Shown: positions 28,281 to 41,595, counted from the stretch's first letter. The stretch: DNA of 64,000 bases from Octopus vulgaris (GCA_951406725.2 OX597817.1:11594001-11658000), one strand, 5' to 3'. Made by a program: numbers and translations. The notes: generated by a model from the letters alone, not told the origin.

Positions 28281-28487
28281 CTCTGATACCTCTTCCCCAA
28301 GTCGGGGGGGGATGCTTGTCTCTTTTGCTCTTTCAAGATAGTCTTCACGAATGATGCTCCAAGCTAAACCTGTGTATAGTTATTGAGTACACGCACACAT
28401 ATGCATAAAGCATCAATTGTGAAAGTGTGTATTATGTGCGTGAGAGAGACAAGAAATAGTGTTTTACATATATTTATATATATATTT

Positions 28488-28695
28488 TCTACTGGAGGCA
28501 GGTACAAGGCCTCGAAATTGTGGGCGGGGGACTAGTCGATTACATCGACCTCGGTGTTTCACTGGTACTTAATTTATCCACCCTGAAAGGATGAAAGGCA
28601 AAGACGGTCCCGGCGGAATTTGAATTGAGAACTTAGCGACAGGCGAAATAGCACCATGCATTTCGTCCAGCGTGCTAACGATTCTGCCAGCTTGC
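28488..28695 (-). mobile_element. Older SINE-B copy
   Basis: actggtacttaatttatc..gaaaggatgaaaggcaaag..cggcggaatttgaa. Confidence 0.75.
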
Positions 28696-28724
28696 GTTGT
28701 GTATATGTATGTGTATATACATAT

Positions 28725-28898
28725 TAGTCGAAGAAATCGACTCCAAGACTTATTCTTTGTAAGCCTAGTACTTATTCGACCGATCTCTTTTGCTGAACCG
28801 CTAGGTTTCGGGGACATAAACACACCAACATCGGTTGCCAAGCGATGGTTGCGTGACCAACACAGGCACAATGACGTACACACATAAACACATATACA

Positions 28899-28968
<70 letters not shown>

Positions 28969-29058
28969 ACAGGTTTCTTTCAGTTTCCGTCTATCATATC
29001 CACTCACAAAACTTTGGTCGGCCCGAAGCTATAGTAGAAACACTTGCCCAAGGTGTCA
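28725..29058 (-). mobile_element. SINE-A, partial and diverged
   Basis: Body and internal (TA)n match the family. Confidence 0.8.
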
Positions 29059-29739
29059 CACATGCATTTATATATGCTTTTAGTAATATATTTATCTAGA
29101 TATACCGACAGTTTCACAATTTATGCATTTAATGCATTAGAACTGTCGAAGTAGAAATGTAGGAAGCTTGCGGAAAGCATTTTTTTTTCTGAGGTAGAGA
29201 AATAAACTTTTCCCATTTATCATCTCTTTTCCTTTATAATATAGGTCGTATGTATGTTACCGAATTAAAACTGTTTTTCATCCGCATGCATCACTGAGTA
29301 AAATGAGTGTATAAATAATTCTATTTTTATACACTATCCAATGTGCAATATTGTACATCTGCTCAAAGGTTCATTCACCGCTACATTCTCAGTTACAATG
29401 ACGCTACGCTTCCCTGATGAAGTCATGAATCAAAGGAAAACAAGTCCTAGTTAGTCTCCCTATTTGTGTTATAATTGGAATAATATTAGTCATTGTCTAA
29501 TGCGTTTAATATTGGGTTTTTTTCCTGAATTCAAATCTATTTTTAGTTATTTTTTTTTATATTCTCTGTAGAGTTAATGAGTACTAAATCACTGTTTGTT
29601 TATAACACTTGTCTGTTTGAAGTTATTTGTTACAGCAGAAAATGTAATATCTAAATATGAACTAAGACAAAATAATTGTATTATATTACTTTGAGATTAT
29701 CTAAAACAGCGGCTGGTTGAGCTTCTACACAAAACCCTT

Positions 29740-30135
29740 TTCTACTCTGGGCACAAGTCCCGAAATTTTGGGAGAGGGGACCAATCAATTAGATCGATCC
29801 CAGTATGCAACTGGTACTTAATTTATCTACCCCGAAAACATGAAAGGCAAAGCGGACATTCGCGGAATTTGAACTCAAAACGTAAAGACAGACGAAATAC
29901 CTATTTCTTGACTACCCACAAGGGGCTAAACACAGAGAGGACAAACAAGGACAGACAAACGGATTAAGTCAAATTATATCGACCCCAGTGCGTATATGGT
30001 ACTTATTTAATCGACCCCGAAAGGATGAAAGGCAAAGTCGACCTCGGCGGAATTTGAACTCAGAACGTAACGGCAGACGAAAAACCACTAAGCATTTCGC
30101 CCGGAGAGCCAACGTTTCTACCAGCTCACCGCCTT
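29740..30135 (-). mobile_element. SINE-B: young copy in tandem with an older copy
   Basis: Same dimer architecture as 11046-11452. Confidence 0.8.
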
Positions 30136-30180
30136 GCACAAAATCCAAATATTGCACATGTTTATATACAGAAACTGTTG

Positions 30181-30436
30181 AACACACCAGCATCGGTTGT
30201 CAAGCAATGCTAGGGACAAACACAGACACAGAAACACACACACACATACATATACATATATATACATATATACGAAAGGCTTCTTTCAGTTTCCGTCTAC
30301 CAAATCCACTTACAAGGCATTGGTCGGCCCGGGGCTATAGCAGAAGACACTTGCCCGAGATGTCACGCAGTGGGCCTGAACCCGGAGCCATGTGGTTGGT
30401 TAGCAAGCTACTTACCACACAGCCACTCCTGCGCCT
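30181..30436 (-). mobile_element. SINE-A 5' part
   Basis: aggcgcaggagtggctgtgtggtaagtagc head on the minus strand. Confidence 0.85.
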
Positions 30437-30523
30437 GTTACATGAAATTGAATGCGTCGTTCTGACCCGTTTCTTTAAATCGCCATCTCCTTCTCTTTTT
30501 CCACCGATAGACAAATACATATG

Positions 30524-30557
<34 letters not shown>

Positions 30558-30687
30558 AAAGAAAAAGAAATGACGCAGGGAAAACAATGGTTATATTATG
30601 GGCTTCATTAATTTACAGCAGGTTTACTGCTATAAGCTGCAGTGGACTCTTGAGCACCTGAGTAACATTCTATAACTTCCTCGAATT

Positions 30688-31506
30688 CTGATCAATAAGA
30701 ATCAGGACTGTTGCCATAATAACGAAGTTAAAGCGTGCAGAGTGAAACTGTTTGGCACAGATTATCCTTGGACTCTGCTGTGCATGCACACTGGGTTTTG
30801 ACATTCTAGCTTAGTTCCGCTGTTTACAGCAATCCTTGGAAGGAACGTGTGTAGCGTGTGATCATGGCATTGACCATGACAGATGAAGTTGTTATGGTGA
30901 TACGTGTTCAAAGTTCTACGCAAAGTTGCAGAAAGTGTATGGAGAGGAGTGTATGAGCCGCACACAAGTATACGAGTGGTTCAGACGTTTCGAAGATGGC
31001 CAAACAATGTCGAAAATGACGAACGTTCTGGGAGATGTGCGTGCAGCTACGAGGGGAAATCGTTGAACCACTTTTCGTGATTTATCAGAGGATGTGCAAA
31101 TTAGTTATAATTCAGTTCAGTCCATTATCACTGAAGATTTAGGCATGAGATGCGTGTCTGTCAAGTTTGCACCAGAACTACTTTTAGCTGACCAAAAAGA
31201 CACTCGGGTTTCAGTTGTGTCGAGAACGATGACAACTTTTTGAAAACTTTGCATAGGCCTCTGAGCAGGTATTGCCAAGCTTTTGGCGAAATTTGAGGTG
31301 AATTCTCTGCTCAACTTTCTCCGTCATGGTCAATGCAACAATCAACACGCTACACACCTTCCTTCCAAGCACTGCTGTAAACAGCGGAAGTGAGCTAGAA
31401 AGTTAAAGCTTAGAGTTCAAGGATTATCTGGGCCAAGCAGCTTTACTCTGCATGCTTTAGCTTCGTTACTATGGCAACAGTCCGGACACTTATTGATCAA
31501 ACTACG
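30688..31506 (+). mobile_element. Internally deleted mariner derivative with about 190-bp inverted ends
   Basis: tgatcaataag..ggactgttgccata.taacgaag.taaagc.tgcagagt mirrored at 31412-31500; transposase remnants QKVYGEECMSRTQVYEWFRRFEDG and SIITEDLGMRCVSVKFAPELL. Confidence 0.85.
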
Positions 31507-31544
31507 TATGTATACATACATACACACACACACAGGCACATATT

Positions 31545-31868
31545 GTGACCCCCTTCGGTCATGACACTGACCATGAGCTTGCACCTAGAAATTTACCCTC
31601 CCAGGCACAAGTCTGGGTATGGTTGTTTATGGAAGACCAGCAGTCGCCCATGCATACCGGCCTCCCCTCTCCATGCCACCAGTGTTATCCAAGGGAAGGA
31701 CAAAGGGGCCGATACAGCTTAGCACTTGTGACGTCGCAACTAATTTCTACAGCTGAGTGAACTGGAGCAACGTGAAATAAAGTGTCTTGCTCAAGAACAC
31801 AACACGCAGCCCCCTCCGGGATTCGAGGTCACAACTTCACGATCATAAGCTCGACGCTCTAACCACTA
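31545..31868 (-). mobile_element. tRNA-headed SINE with V/CORE-like body and a distinct 3' tail
   Basis: tagtggttagagcgtcgagc...gacctcgaatccc head; tgtgttcttgagcaagacactttatttcacgttgctccag shared with the 19587 element. Confidence 0.75.
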
Positions 31869-31907
31869 ACCACACACACACATATATATATATATTGATA
31901 CACACAC

Positions 31908-31939
<32 letters not shown>

Positions 31940-32116
31940 TGATACACACATATATATATATATGTATATCGATAGTTATATGGGGTAAGAAGGTAGCCTG
32001 CCAACCATATGGTTCGGGGTTCAATCCCGCTGCATGCAGCTTGAGCAAATGCCTTCTGCTATAGCCTCGTACTAACCAAAGCCTTGTGAGTTGAGGGAAA
32101 CTGAAAAATTCCCATC

Positions 32117-32176
<60 letters not shown>

Positions 32177-32389
32177 GTGTGTGTCTATGTGTGTGTGTTT
32201 ATATGTAAATATCTATGTGTGCGTGTGTTTGTCTTCCACCACCGCTTGACGACCGGTATTGGTGTGTTTACGTCCCCATAACTTAGTGGTTCGTCAAAAG
32301 AAAACCAATAGAACATACACCAATCTCTGAAAGAATAAGTCCTTGGGTCGATTTGTTCGACTGAAACAAAAGATAAAAGGTATATATAT

Positions 32390-32793
32390 AGGCGCAGGAG
32401 TGGCTGTGTGGTAAGTAGCTTGTTTACCAACCACATGGTTTCCGGGTTCAGTCCCACTGCATGGCACCTTGGGCAAGTGTCTTCTACTATAGCCTCGGGC
32501 CGACCAAAGCCTTGTGAGTGGATTTGGTAGATGGAAACTGAAAGAAGCCCGTCGTATATATATATATGTATGTGTGTGTATGTGTTTGTGTGTCCATGTT
32601 TGTCCCCCTAGCATTGCTTGACAACCGATGCTGGTGTGTTTATGTACCCGTCACTTAGCGGTTCGGCAAAAGAGACCGATAGAATAAGTACTGGGCTTAC
32701 AAAGAATAAGTGCCGAGGTCGAGTTGCTCGATTAAAGGCGGTACTCCAGCATGGCCGCAGTCAAATGACTGAAACAAGTAAAAGAGTAAAAGA

Positions 32794-32794
<1 letters not shown>
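32390..32794 (+). mobile_element. SINE-A, full length (preceded by a diverged copy at about 31975-32380)
   Basis: Complete head, body and tail. Confidence 0.9.
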
Positions 32795-32843
<49 letters not shown>

Positions 32844-33062
32844 CATATACACATTATATTATATTATATTATTTCATATTAGATTATGCTATATTGTATC
32901 ATATTATATAGGCAAGTACTACCATGATGTACAAAGACACACGCTTTTATCTATTCTTTTCTGTAATATATATATATATTGGCGTGCATGAATCGTAATA
33001 AGATTGTACCCTAAATATATTAATATTTATGTATATGTATATCTTATAGTTTCGAGAGAGAG

Positions 33063-33096
<34 letters not shown>

Positions 33097-33311
33097 CGCG
33101 TACGAGCATATGTGTGTGTGTGCGCGCGCTTGCGTGTGTGTGTGCGTATGTGTGTGCGTGTGTGAGTAAATGAGGCTAGACTACATATGTCACTTTTGCA
33201 AACCTCAGAGATCAAATTTCTAGACACATTTCCCAGACATTTTAGCTTTGTTATATAGTAAAACAGCAGCTACATTTCACCTCACTCACTTACTGCATAC
33301 ACACACACATA

Positions 33312-33356
<45 letters not shown>

Positions 33357-33373
33357 CACACACACACACACAC

Positions 33374-33404
<31 letters not shown>

Positions 33405-33419
33405 GACATACAACATATT

Positions 33420-33630
33420 CTTTTACTCACTTTTACTTGTTTCAGTCATTTGACTGCGGCCATGCTGGAGCACCGCCTTTAATCGAGCAACTCGACCCCG
33501 GGACTTATTCTTTTGTAATACCCAGTACTTATTATATCGGGCTCTTTTGCCGAACCGCTAAGTAACAGGGACGTAAACACACCAGCATCGGTTGTCAAGC
33601 AATGCTAGTGGGACAAACACAGACACACAA

Positions 33631-33689
<59 letters not shown>

Positions 33690-34002
33690 GATATGTAGAA
33701 AATTACAAACTGAGACAAGAACGCATAAGAACTTAGAAGACGATACAACAAACACAGACAGGACATTCGAAGCCCTCAGTCTTCAGTCAAGAACCGGATC
33801 ATCGTAGTAATTTCGGCTGATTAATCTTATATATATATATATATATACGACAGGCTTCTTTCAGTTTCCGTCTACCAAATCCACTCACAAGGCATTGGTC
33901 GGCCCGGGTCTATAGCAGAAGACACTTGCCCAAGATGCCACGCAGTGGGACTGAATCCGGAACCATGTGGTTGGTTAGCAAGCTACTTACCACACAGCCA
34001 CT
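33420..34002 (-). mobile_element. SINE-A interrupted by an about 140-bp insertion in its (TA)n tract
   Basis: SINE halves at 33420-33645 and 33845-34002 flank a non-SINE segment 33686-33828 bounded by (TA)n. Confidence 0.85.
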
Positions 34003-34407
34003 CGTATGAGCGAATATCTGAACGTTTGTATATCTGCGTGCTTACATGAATTTATTGATACGTACGCAAAAAAACTGTAGTGTAATCCTTACACTTGCAT
34101 ACAGGTAGTGAAACGCACAGCGCTGATATAGGGTCTCATGCCATCGAATAAATACGCACGCACGCACGCACATTCATGCATTCATACACTCATACACACG
34201 CGGACGTTCTCACGTAATTAGTTCAACCATCCATACTGAGATATCACGCACAACGTACGCATAAATACGTGAATGCGTGTGTTAGAGAGTATGTATGTAT
34301 GTCTGTGTATGTATGTGTGTGTGTGTATGCATGTTTGTGAGCGTGTATTGCATGCCCGTGTGTCTTTTACTCTTTTACTCTTTCACTCTTTCACTCAACC
34401 CGGGACC

Positions 34408-34462
<55 letters not shown>

Positions 34463-34464
<2 letters not shown>

Positions 34465-34674
34465 TCTTTTATTCTTTTACTTGTTTCAGTCATTTGACTG
34501 CGGCCTTGCTGGAGCACCGCCTTTAATCGAGCAAACTCGACCCCGGGACTTATTCTTTTGTAAGCCCAGTACTTATTCTATCGGGGTCTTTTGCCGAACC
34601 GCTAAGTAACGGGGACATAAACACACCAGCATCGGTTGTCAAGCAATGCTAGGGGGACAAACACAGGCACACAA

Positions 34675-34726
<52 letters not shown>

Positions 34727-34851
34727 GACAGGCTTCTTTCAGTTTCCATCTACCAAATCCACTCACAAGGCATTGGTCGACCCAAGATGCCATGCAGTGG
34801 GACTGAACCCGGAACCATGTAGTTGGTTAGAAAGCTACTTACTACACAGCC
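34463..34851 (-). mobile_element. SINE-A with a small internal deletion
   Basis: Family head, body and tail. Confidence 0.85.
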
Positions 34852-34897
34852 ATATATATATATTTATATTTATACACACACACACACACTATATATA

Positions 34898-35108
34898 TCG
34901 CCATGTTGATTCGTTAGCTACTGCACGCATTTTTTTTCTCTCCTTCTTTCTGTGTTTTTCTCTCTCTGTGTATCTTTCTGTTGAAGAGCGTAGGCTCGAA
35001 ACGTTAAAGACTTGTTTTATTTATATTTCCTGAGCGCCATACTAATACAATTGTTCGTTTGTTTTCCACCTGCCTTCGTCTTTTGTTTATTTTCATAAAG
35101 CTTCCCGT
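34898..35108 (+). mobile_element. About 210-bp hammerhead-bearing element (PLE pLTR or retrozyme-like)
   Basis: TCTTT-CTGTTGA-AGAGCGTAGGCTC-GAAA-CG-TT-AAAGA at 34973-35010; flanked by (TA)n; second copy at 14069-14255. Confidence 0.65.
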
Positions 35109-35139
<31 letters not shown>

Positions 35140-35363
35140 TATGTACGCGTGTGTGTTATCTGAAAGACATTTTCGAGGTTAATTTCTTGACCTGCAGTAA
35201 TTAGCAGTTAAATTACTTCGTCATAAAATACAACAGAGGTTCTCAGCCATTTTTACTTATGGACCCTTATGGTCCCTATTTCACTCAGATGAACACTCGC
35301 AGCCATTGGATGTTTGAAATATCCTATTATAGTTTTAGAATTAAGGTTTTTGGGAAATGTATA

Positions 35364-35396
<33 letters not shown>

Positions 35397-35398
<2 letters not shown>

Positions 35399-35524
35399 CG
35401 TAGGAGTGGTTCGGGGTTCAGTCCCACTGCGTGGCACCTTGGGCAAGTGTCTTCTACTATAGCCTCGGGCCGACCAAAGTCTTGTGAGTGGATTTGGTAG
35501 ACGGAAACTGAAAGAAGCCCGTCG

Positions 35525-35577
<53 letters not shown>

Positions 35578-35780
35578 ATGTTTGTGTATCTGTTTGTCCC
35601 CGCAACATCGCTTGATAACCGATGCTGGTGTGTTTACGTCCCCGTAACTTAGCGGTAAAAGAGACCGATACAATAAGTACTAGGCTTACAAAGAATAAGT
35701 CCTGCGGTCGATTTGCTCGACTAAAGGCGTTGCTCCAGCATGGCCACACTCAAATGACTGAAACAAGTAAATGAGTAAAA
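35397..35780 (+). mobile_element. SINE-A with a deletion in the head
   Basis: Family body and tail. Confidence 0.85.
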
Positions 35781-36048
35781 GCGTATATATTGCGTTTTGT
35801 AGGTGTGTAACTGATTTATTTCGCTTAAATTTTAATAACAAAACCTTATATGGAGCCCCTGGGATCATATGCGCCCTAAGGGTCATATGGACCCAGGTAG
35901 GTAACCACTGTCCTACAGGATTAAAAAGGAAGGCCAGATTGGATAATTAGTTTTAGGGGCCTCGTACAGGAACAAAATCATTGGATGGTTACTGGTCGAA
36001 ATCCTTTACATTATTCGAACGATATTACTTTTACTCCTTTATTGTATA

Positions 36049-36347
36049 CTAGTAGTATCGCCCGGCGTTGCTCGGGTTTGTAAGGGAAAAATCTATATAA
36101 GCATTTTTAGAGAGTTACTTCCCTTATATAATAGCAAAAAATTGCATTAAAATGGAAAAAAATGATGGTAAATTTTTTTTTCAATCGTAGACTCATCGTA
36201 GACGCGCGCTAATACCCAGAAGGGCTCGATATGAATCACGACTATAAGATACCCGCTTTTGGTTAAACTGCACCGCAAAATGTGGGAGTAGTTAGGAATC
36301 TAAATCGTAGGAGACAGACACACAACCTTGACTTTTATACATACAGA
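36049..36347 (-). mobile_element. Non-autonomous Helitron
   Basis: Minus strand A|TCTGTATG... to CCCGAGCAACGCCGGG hairpin, GATACTA, CTAG|T; 3' end shared with the 5679 element. Confidence 0.75.
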
Positions 36348-36741
36348 TGTTTAGTAAGTTACTCAATCTTCGCTGGTGAATTCTAAATGCTGTTTGCATT
36401 GGGTTTATGCCATGCAACAAAAGCATTATACTCATTTTTGCTTAGTTGCATGTGTTTGATGTAGGATAGTCTTTAGTGTTACATTTACATTGGACCAAGG
36501 AGGAACTTTTACGTTCATGGATGACCTTAAAATAGCAACGAGATTTCTCTGAAAATGCATCCTACCACCTTAGTAAGAAAAGGTAATATCTGGATCGTGT
36601 TGTTCGAGGTAGACTATGCCTTGAATAAAACTCAGTGCAATCATGGCTGCTTGAATGTCTTTGATATTTTGCTTTGAGCCAACTTGGTGAGAAACAGCAA
36701 AATCAAAAACAATATTAAATGTAATACGAAATATTTTGATG

Positions 36742-36840
<99 letters not shown>

Positions 36841-38074
36841 TGCACGCGAAGCATACTGCGAAAGGAGAATAAACCAAATATTCAATACGAGTCTGCATAA
36901 CGCAACTGATTTATTACTTATTTCTTGGAACGAGCATTTCTTTTAACACCTCCGCATGTTGGAAGATAAATTTGAATTTTTAAAGTTTTGGCTTTTCAAC
37001 GGCGAAAGCAGCGAAATTAAAATGAAATGGCATCGAAAGAAGCAAACTGAGTCAGTATGTCTGTGTGTTGTTTCGTTCCCTTGGGTCTTCATCTATACTG
37101 GTTTCCTTGAATACATCACAAAGCAGATTTACACATGGAAAGAAATTATTAGACGAAACTATCCCTAATAAAGACTAGCATTTAAAGTCATGTGAGCATG
37201 AATAACACACACTACTATAAATTTCTCTGAACTCTCAAAAAACTCAGTGATCTACTGCCCTCAAGTGCAAGGAGGTACAGAATCGTTGGTTAGCCTGTTC
37301 GTGTCCGCTACCTACAATTCTGTCAAAAACCAAACCTGAAAGAAGCAGATTTCGATGCACAGATACACTGAAGAGGGACTTCTCTGCCACAGGCATGCAG
37401 TCGATTCCATGATGGAAAGCCAGAAAAAAGAGAAACGAAGGAAAGATTTCTTATTGGTACTTTTATTGATAACAAGCAAAGTTAACTTCAGCGATATTTG
37501 TGCCCAGAACGGAGGGGAACCAAAATAATAGCAGAAAGTGAATATTGTTGTAAAGATACGCTAGCACGAAAATCTCGCAATGGAGCTCAAGTCTTCATTT
37601 ACGGGCGATATTTTTTATAGTTTGTTTCACATCAGCAGTGTCATTTTATGTATGTTTTGGTCTCATGTTTTAAATTTGTCAACCAATAAAGTATGCATGT
37701 AATGTATGCGTGTATATATGTACGTATTTATCTACTTACGTATGCTTGTATGTATGAATGCATATACACGTATTTACATATGTAGATTTTCAAGCCAGTA
37801 AGTTAGAAATTGGCGAGATTTTTTAAATTTGAACCAAAGTAGTTCCAAGGACGAATAAAGATGTGAGTCACAGAACGCATATCTGAATGTAAATAGATAG
37901 AAATAATTAGACTCTCTCTCTCTCTCCCTCTTCCCCCCTTTCTCTCTCTCTTTCTCTCTCTCTCTGTCTTACGTACACATGGCTGTGAGTAATTACTCTA
38001 GGTATGTACATATATGTGTACAGTACCTATGCATATGAGTGTACGAATATATCCATTCCAGGAAACACAAATGA

Positions 38075-38480
38075 GGGATCTTTAAAATGTTCTATAAATC
38101 TTCACTGAAATGATTGGATTTTGAGAATACAAGTTGGATTGCTTTGTTCTTTCTTGGAAAACCCTAGCACTTCAAAGGTTTTATATGGATTTGTGGTAAT
38201 AAAGTGCACATCACCTATGAAAATAAGTACATATAGAACGTATAACCTGAATGAAGAAGCTATAGGTACAACAGTAGTTCGCCAGAGATGTTTTCTTTTT
38301 CCACAACTTGAGAGAAATTTCGACATCATTGGGCAACTGACCGCTACAAAATTACATGAGTTTTGTGCTCTGTCTCACAAAGCAATATTAGGTCTATTGT
38401 GTTTGACCCTGTCGTCTGCCAATGGCTTTTCTGCATCTCCACGCTCAGATGCAATGTTATTTTCATATGTCAGTTAATCC
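38075..38480 (-). pseudogene. Decayed restriction-like endonuclease (RLE) domain of an R2-group (R4/NeSL/Hero-like) non-LTR retrotransposon
   Basis: VKHNRPNIAL*DRAQNSCNFVAVSCP (RPD...E motif), EKENISGELL, VLIFIGDVHFIT (compare PIIIGALG), EVLGFSKKE, and terminal VKIYRTF. Confidence 0.7.
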
Positions 38481-40751
38481 ATCGTTGGGACCCTGACACA
38501 CGACATTACACCAGTTTAGGGTAGACTTGAAAACAATAGTTACTAAAAGGTGATCTCACACTCCTTAAAACCCTGCAACTTCTGAACCAGAGCCCCACTA
38601 ATAGACGCAGTTTAAAGTCATATTTATCGCACATACCACATAGACACATACGCACTAACACACTCGCACAAACAAACACACACAAACTCACACACATAGA
38701 CACAAACACACAACACACACACACACACATACATATATATGAATGAGAGAGAGAGAGAAAAGAAAAGCGAGAGAAAGGAAAATAGATAAAGAGAGAGCAG
38801 AACGTGAGGAGGAGAGGGAAGAGATAAAAGAGACAGACAGATATACAGAGAATTGATTTCATGATATTGTTTTGATACCTAAACGAAAATATCTAATTTT
38901 ATGTGCGTTGCTGACACCCTTAGGGAGATATCAATGCAGTAAATCCCTATTTTCTTAAAATCAAAAAGTCCCAATGATTTTGGCGGATTCTTTCTGAATA
39001 CGGTCAGTTATCTAGGTCAGTACACTCACAAGATCATCGACCTCACTTAATGCTTAATTTTCAGCTTAATAGATAATTAAAATTTACCGTTTGTTTTGGA
39101 CTGTGGTATGTATTTAAACTCGAGGACTTATAATTTCAGCATTTATATCTTTAGCTTCGTATATAGTCTACGTTATATAGTCTATTTTGTCAAAAGATGC
39201 AAAACAGTATATATATCAAGGAAGGTGATATAGGAAGTGCAACATAGGATGTAAGTAAAGAAAAGCATATGAACTAGTAATCGAACTTTCAAACAGGCTT
39301 AAATATTCCTCTCCTGTGTCCATCCCTCTTTGAATTATTAGTAACAATCCTGCAGTGTGGACAGTTAAGTCGAGCTGTCCACGAATTTTTGATTCCTAGC
39401 TGGATTCATTTAATTTTATTCAGATTGTTAATATCATTAAAAAAATACGACATATTTTCTCATTTGCTCACTTCAAATAAACATGAAACGCACGAATCAC
39501 GAATCAACCAAGACTCACTATCTTAATAAAAAAGACAGAATGTTCAAGGGAAGAATGCCTTTGAACATATTTAGTCAATCAGAGCTGTCCTCAATATAAA
39601 CAATAACATCAAACATGATGTCAGAAGTAATTACTTTGAAAAGCACCTTATGTATTAGTGGGTTACCTTCAATTAAATCTTGGAGCCATTTGATTTACCA
39701 ACGACATGGATGACTTTGGCAAAATGTTATATAACAGTATTACTTTACCTCGTCATTAAATTGTTTCTGGGTTTACTCGTTATACGAAACGATTGAAAGA
39801 GTTGTGAAGTCCACGTCTTGGCAAACTGATCCCGTAACACTGTTACAAGTATACTTTTGAACCATTATAAAAGACTTAACGAAACACTTATGTCTACGTT
39901 CTGTCCTTTTGTAAAACTGAACACTCTGCATGTATGAAATCTACAAACGATATGAAAAGTGTTGTAATGGGTCTATAACATCCTACTATACTAAATCCGT
40001 ATCTAGATTTTTATTTCTAATTAAGGTAGTGTAATTTCACAAACGTTATCAATATCTTGAAACTGCATGAATGTCACAACAATATCTTTATCACTCTCCA
40101 TAAGTAGACTGGAGTTTTGTGTCGATTTAAGAAGCCACTATAATGAGCTTTGCATAAGCAAGTGAGAAGTGATGGAGATATTCATAAGGAGTACCTTAGT
40201 TTAGCTATTTTCAACGGGGCAAACCCCGATCTTCTTTCCTTTCTTACTTCAAATAATTTATATTGGGGGTGACGATGACCTAATTTCCTCAGAAACTTCA
40301 AAATATTTTGACAGAGGGCAACGACGACCCAGTTTCATCACTCGTGAAGCTGCAGAGCATCCATTATTTTGAGCATCAGTGAATTCCAGGTTAGCAGAGA
40401 AATGGGCGGGGATCGAATAAATAAGCAAATAAGTTGGTGTCTGTTTGGGGTTGGGTGTCGGGTGCTTAATGTTGAGAGCGGAGGGCTGGGTGATGTGGTA
40501 TTGGCTGTTGGGACTTAGAAACTGGGTGGTGGTTAAGTTTGGATGCTGGTGGTTGGGTGCAGTGTTTAGATGCTAGAGTCTCTGATATATGTGAAAAGTT
40601 AGAATATATGTTCGTGTTTTTGCGTGTTTTCTATTTCTATATATCATATATATGTGAATACACACGATATATATATATATATATATATGTATGTATACAT
40701 ATATGTGTGTGAGTGAGGGTACGCGTACATATATATATATACACACACATA

Positions 40752-40834
<83 letters not shown>

Positions 40835-40989
40835 TAGATGGGAAAGAAGAAAGAAGTATGGGTGACGCTAGGGAAACTAGTAACAACTATATCAACAACA
40901 TTAACTAAAAGCAGTAATATCACTTGATGAAGACGGCAGAGAGGGTTGACGGGTGGCGTAATAATGGCGTTTGGGTAGAGATTTTTACG

Positions 40990-41008
40990 TGCAGCGCCAT
41001 CTGGTGAG
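40990..41008 (-). promoter_or_regulatory. CTCF-type core motif
   Basis: Minus strand CTCACCAGATGGCGCTGCA closely matches the CTCF consensus CCACCAG(A/G)GGGCGCT; lies in unique, GC-richer sequence. Confidence 0.45.
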
Positions 41009-41370
41009 AAGGACTTCAGACCACCCGGCTTGTCATATTCTTCATCACTATCATCGCAACTCTTCCTCGAACAGCCTGAATACTTATTTATAAAACATGC
41101 CCCTTCCAATAGGACCACCCATCCGGAACCAAAGACGCCACCCAGTTGCAGCAACTCATGCTGCTGTTGTTACCATTCCTGCTGCCACTGCTCCTTTTTC
41201 TGCTACTTCTTTTTGCTGCGGTTGCTGCCTCCTGCTATTGCTCATGGTTCCTAAAAGATAATGCGCTGCAGTCTTTCATCTACGCCGCCATCCTCCACCT
41301 TCGCTCAACTTCGTGTCTCCTATTCTTTCTGTTTGCCATTTATTTCATATCTCGTGCCCTTTATTTATCT

Positions 41371-41401
<31 letters not shown>

Positions 41402-41595
41402 CTTTTCCTCCCATGCATTATCGTAGATGCAGAGACCTGCGACATATTAATTATATCCATTGTCAGTATAATTACAATACTTCGTCATGTCATGCATATC
41501 GACAGGAGGCGACAGAAGAACAGCATTGACAGAGTAACGGTAACGACATCACTGAAACGAACACAACGATTCGTTTATTTTGCTATAAAGAGCAA

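Noticed and set aside
29405-29450. CTGATGA...GAAAACAAGTC hammerhead-like string
   Set aside because: Stems I and II cannot be paired; at most a very decayed remnant
29988-30611. 207-aa ORF and recurrent peptides such as RASFSFRLPNPLTR...
   Set aside because: Translations of SINE-A and SINE-B consensus sequence repeated throughout the window
38121-38477. 118-aa plus-strand ORF as a gene
   Set aside because: It is the antisense of a decayed RLE retrotransposon fragment
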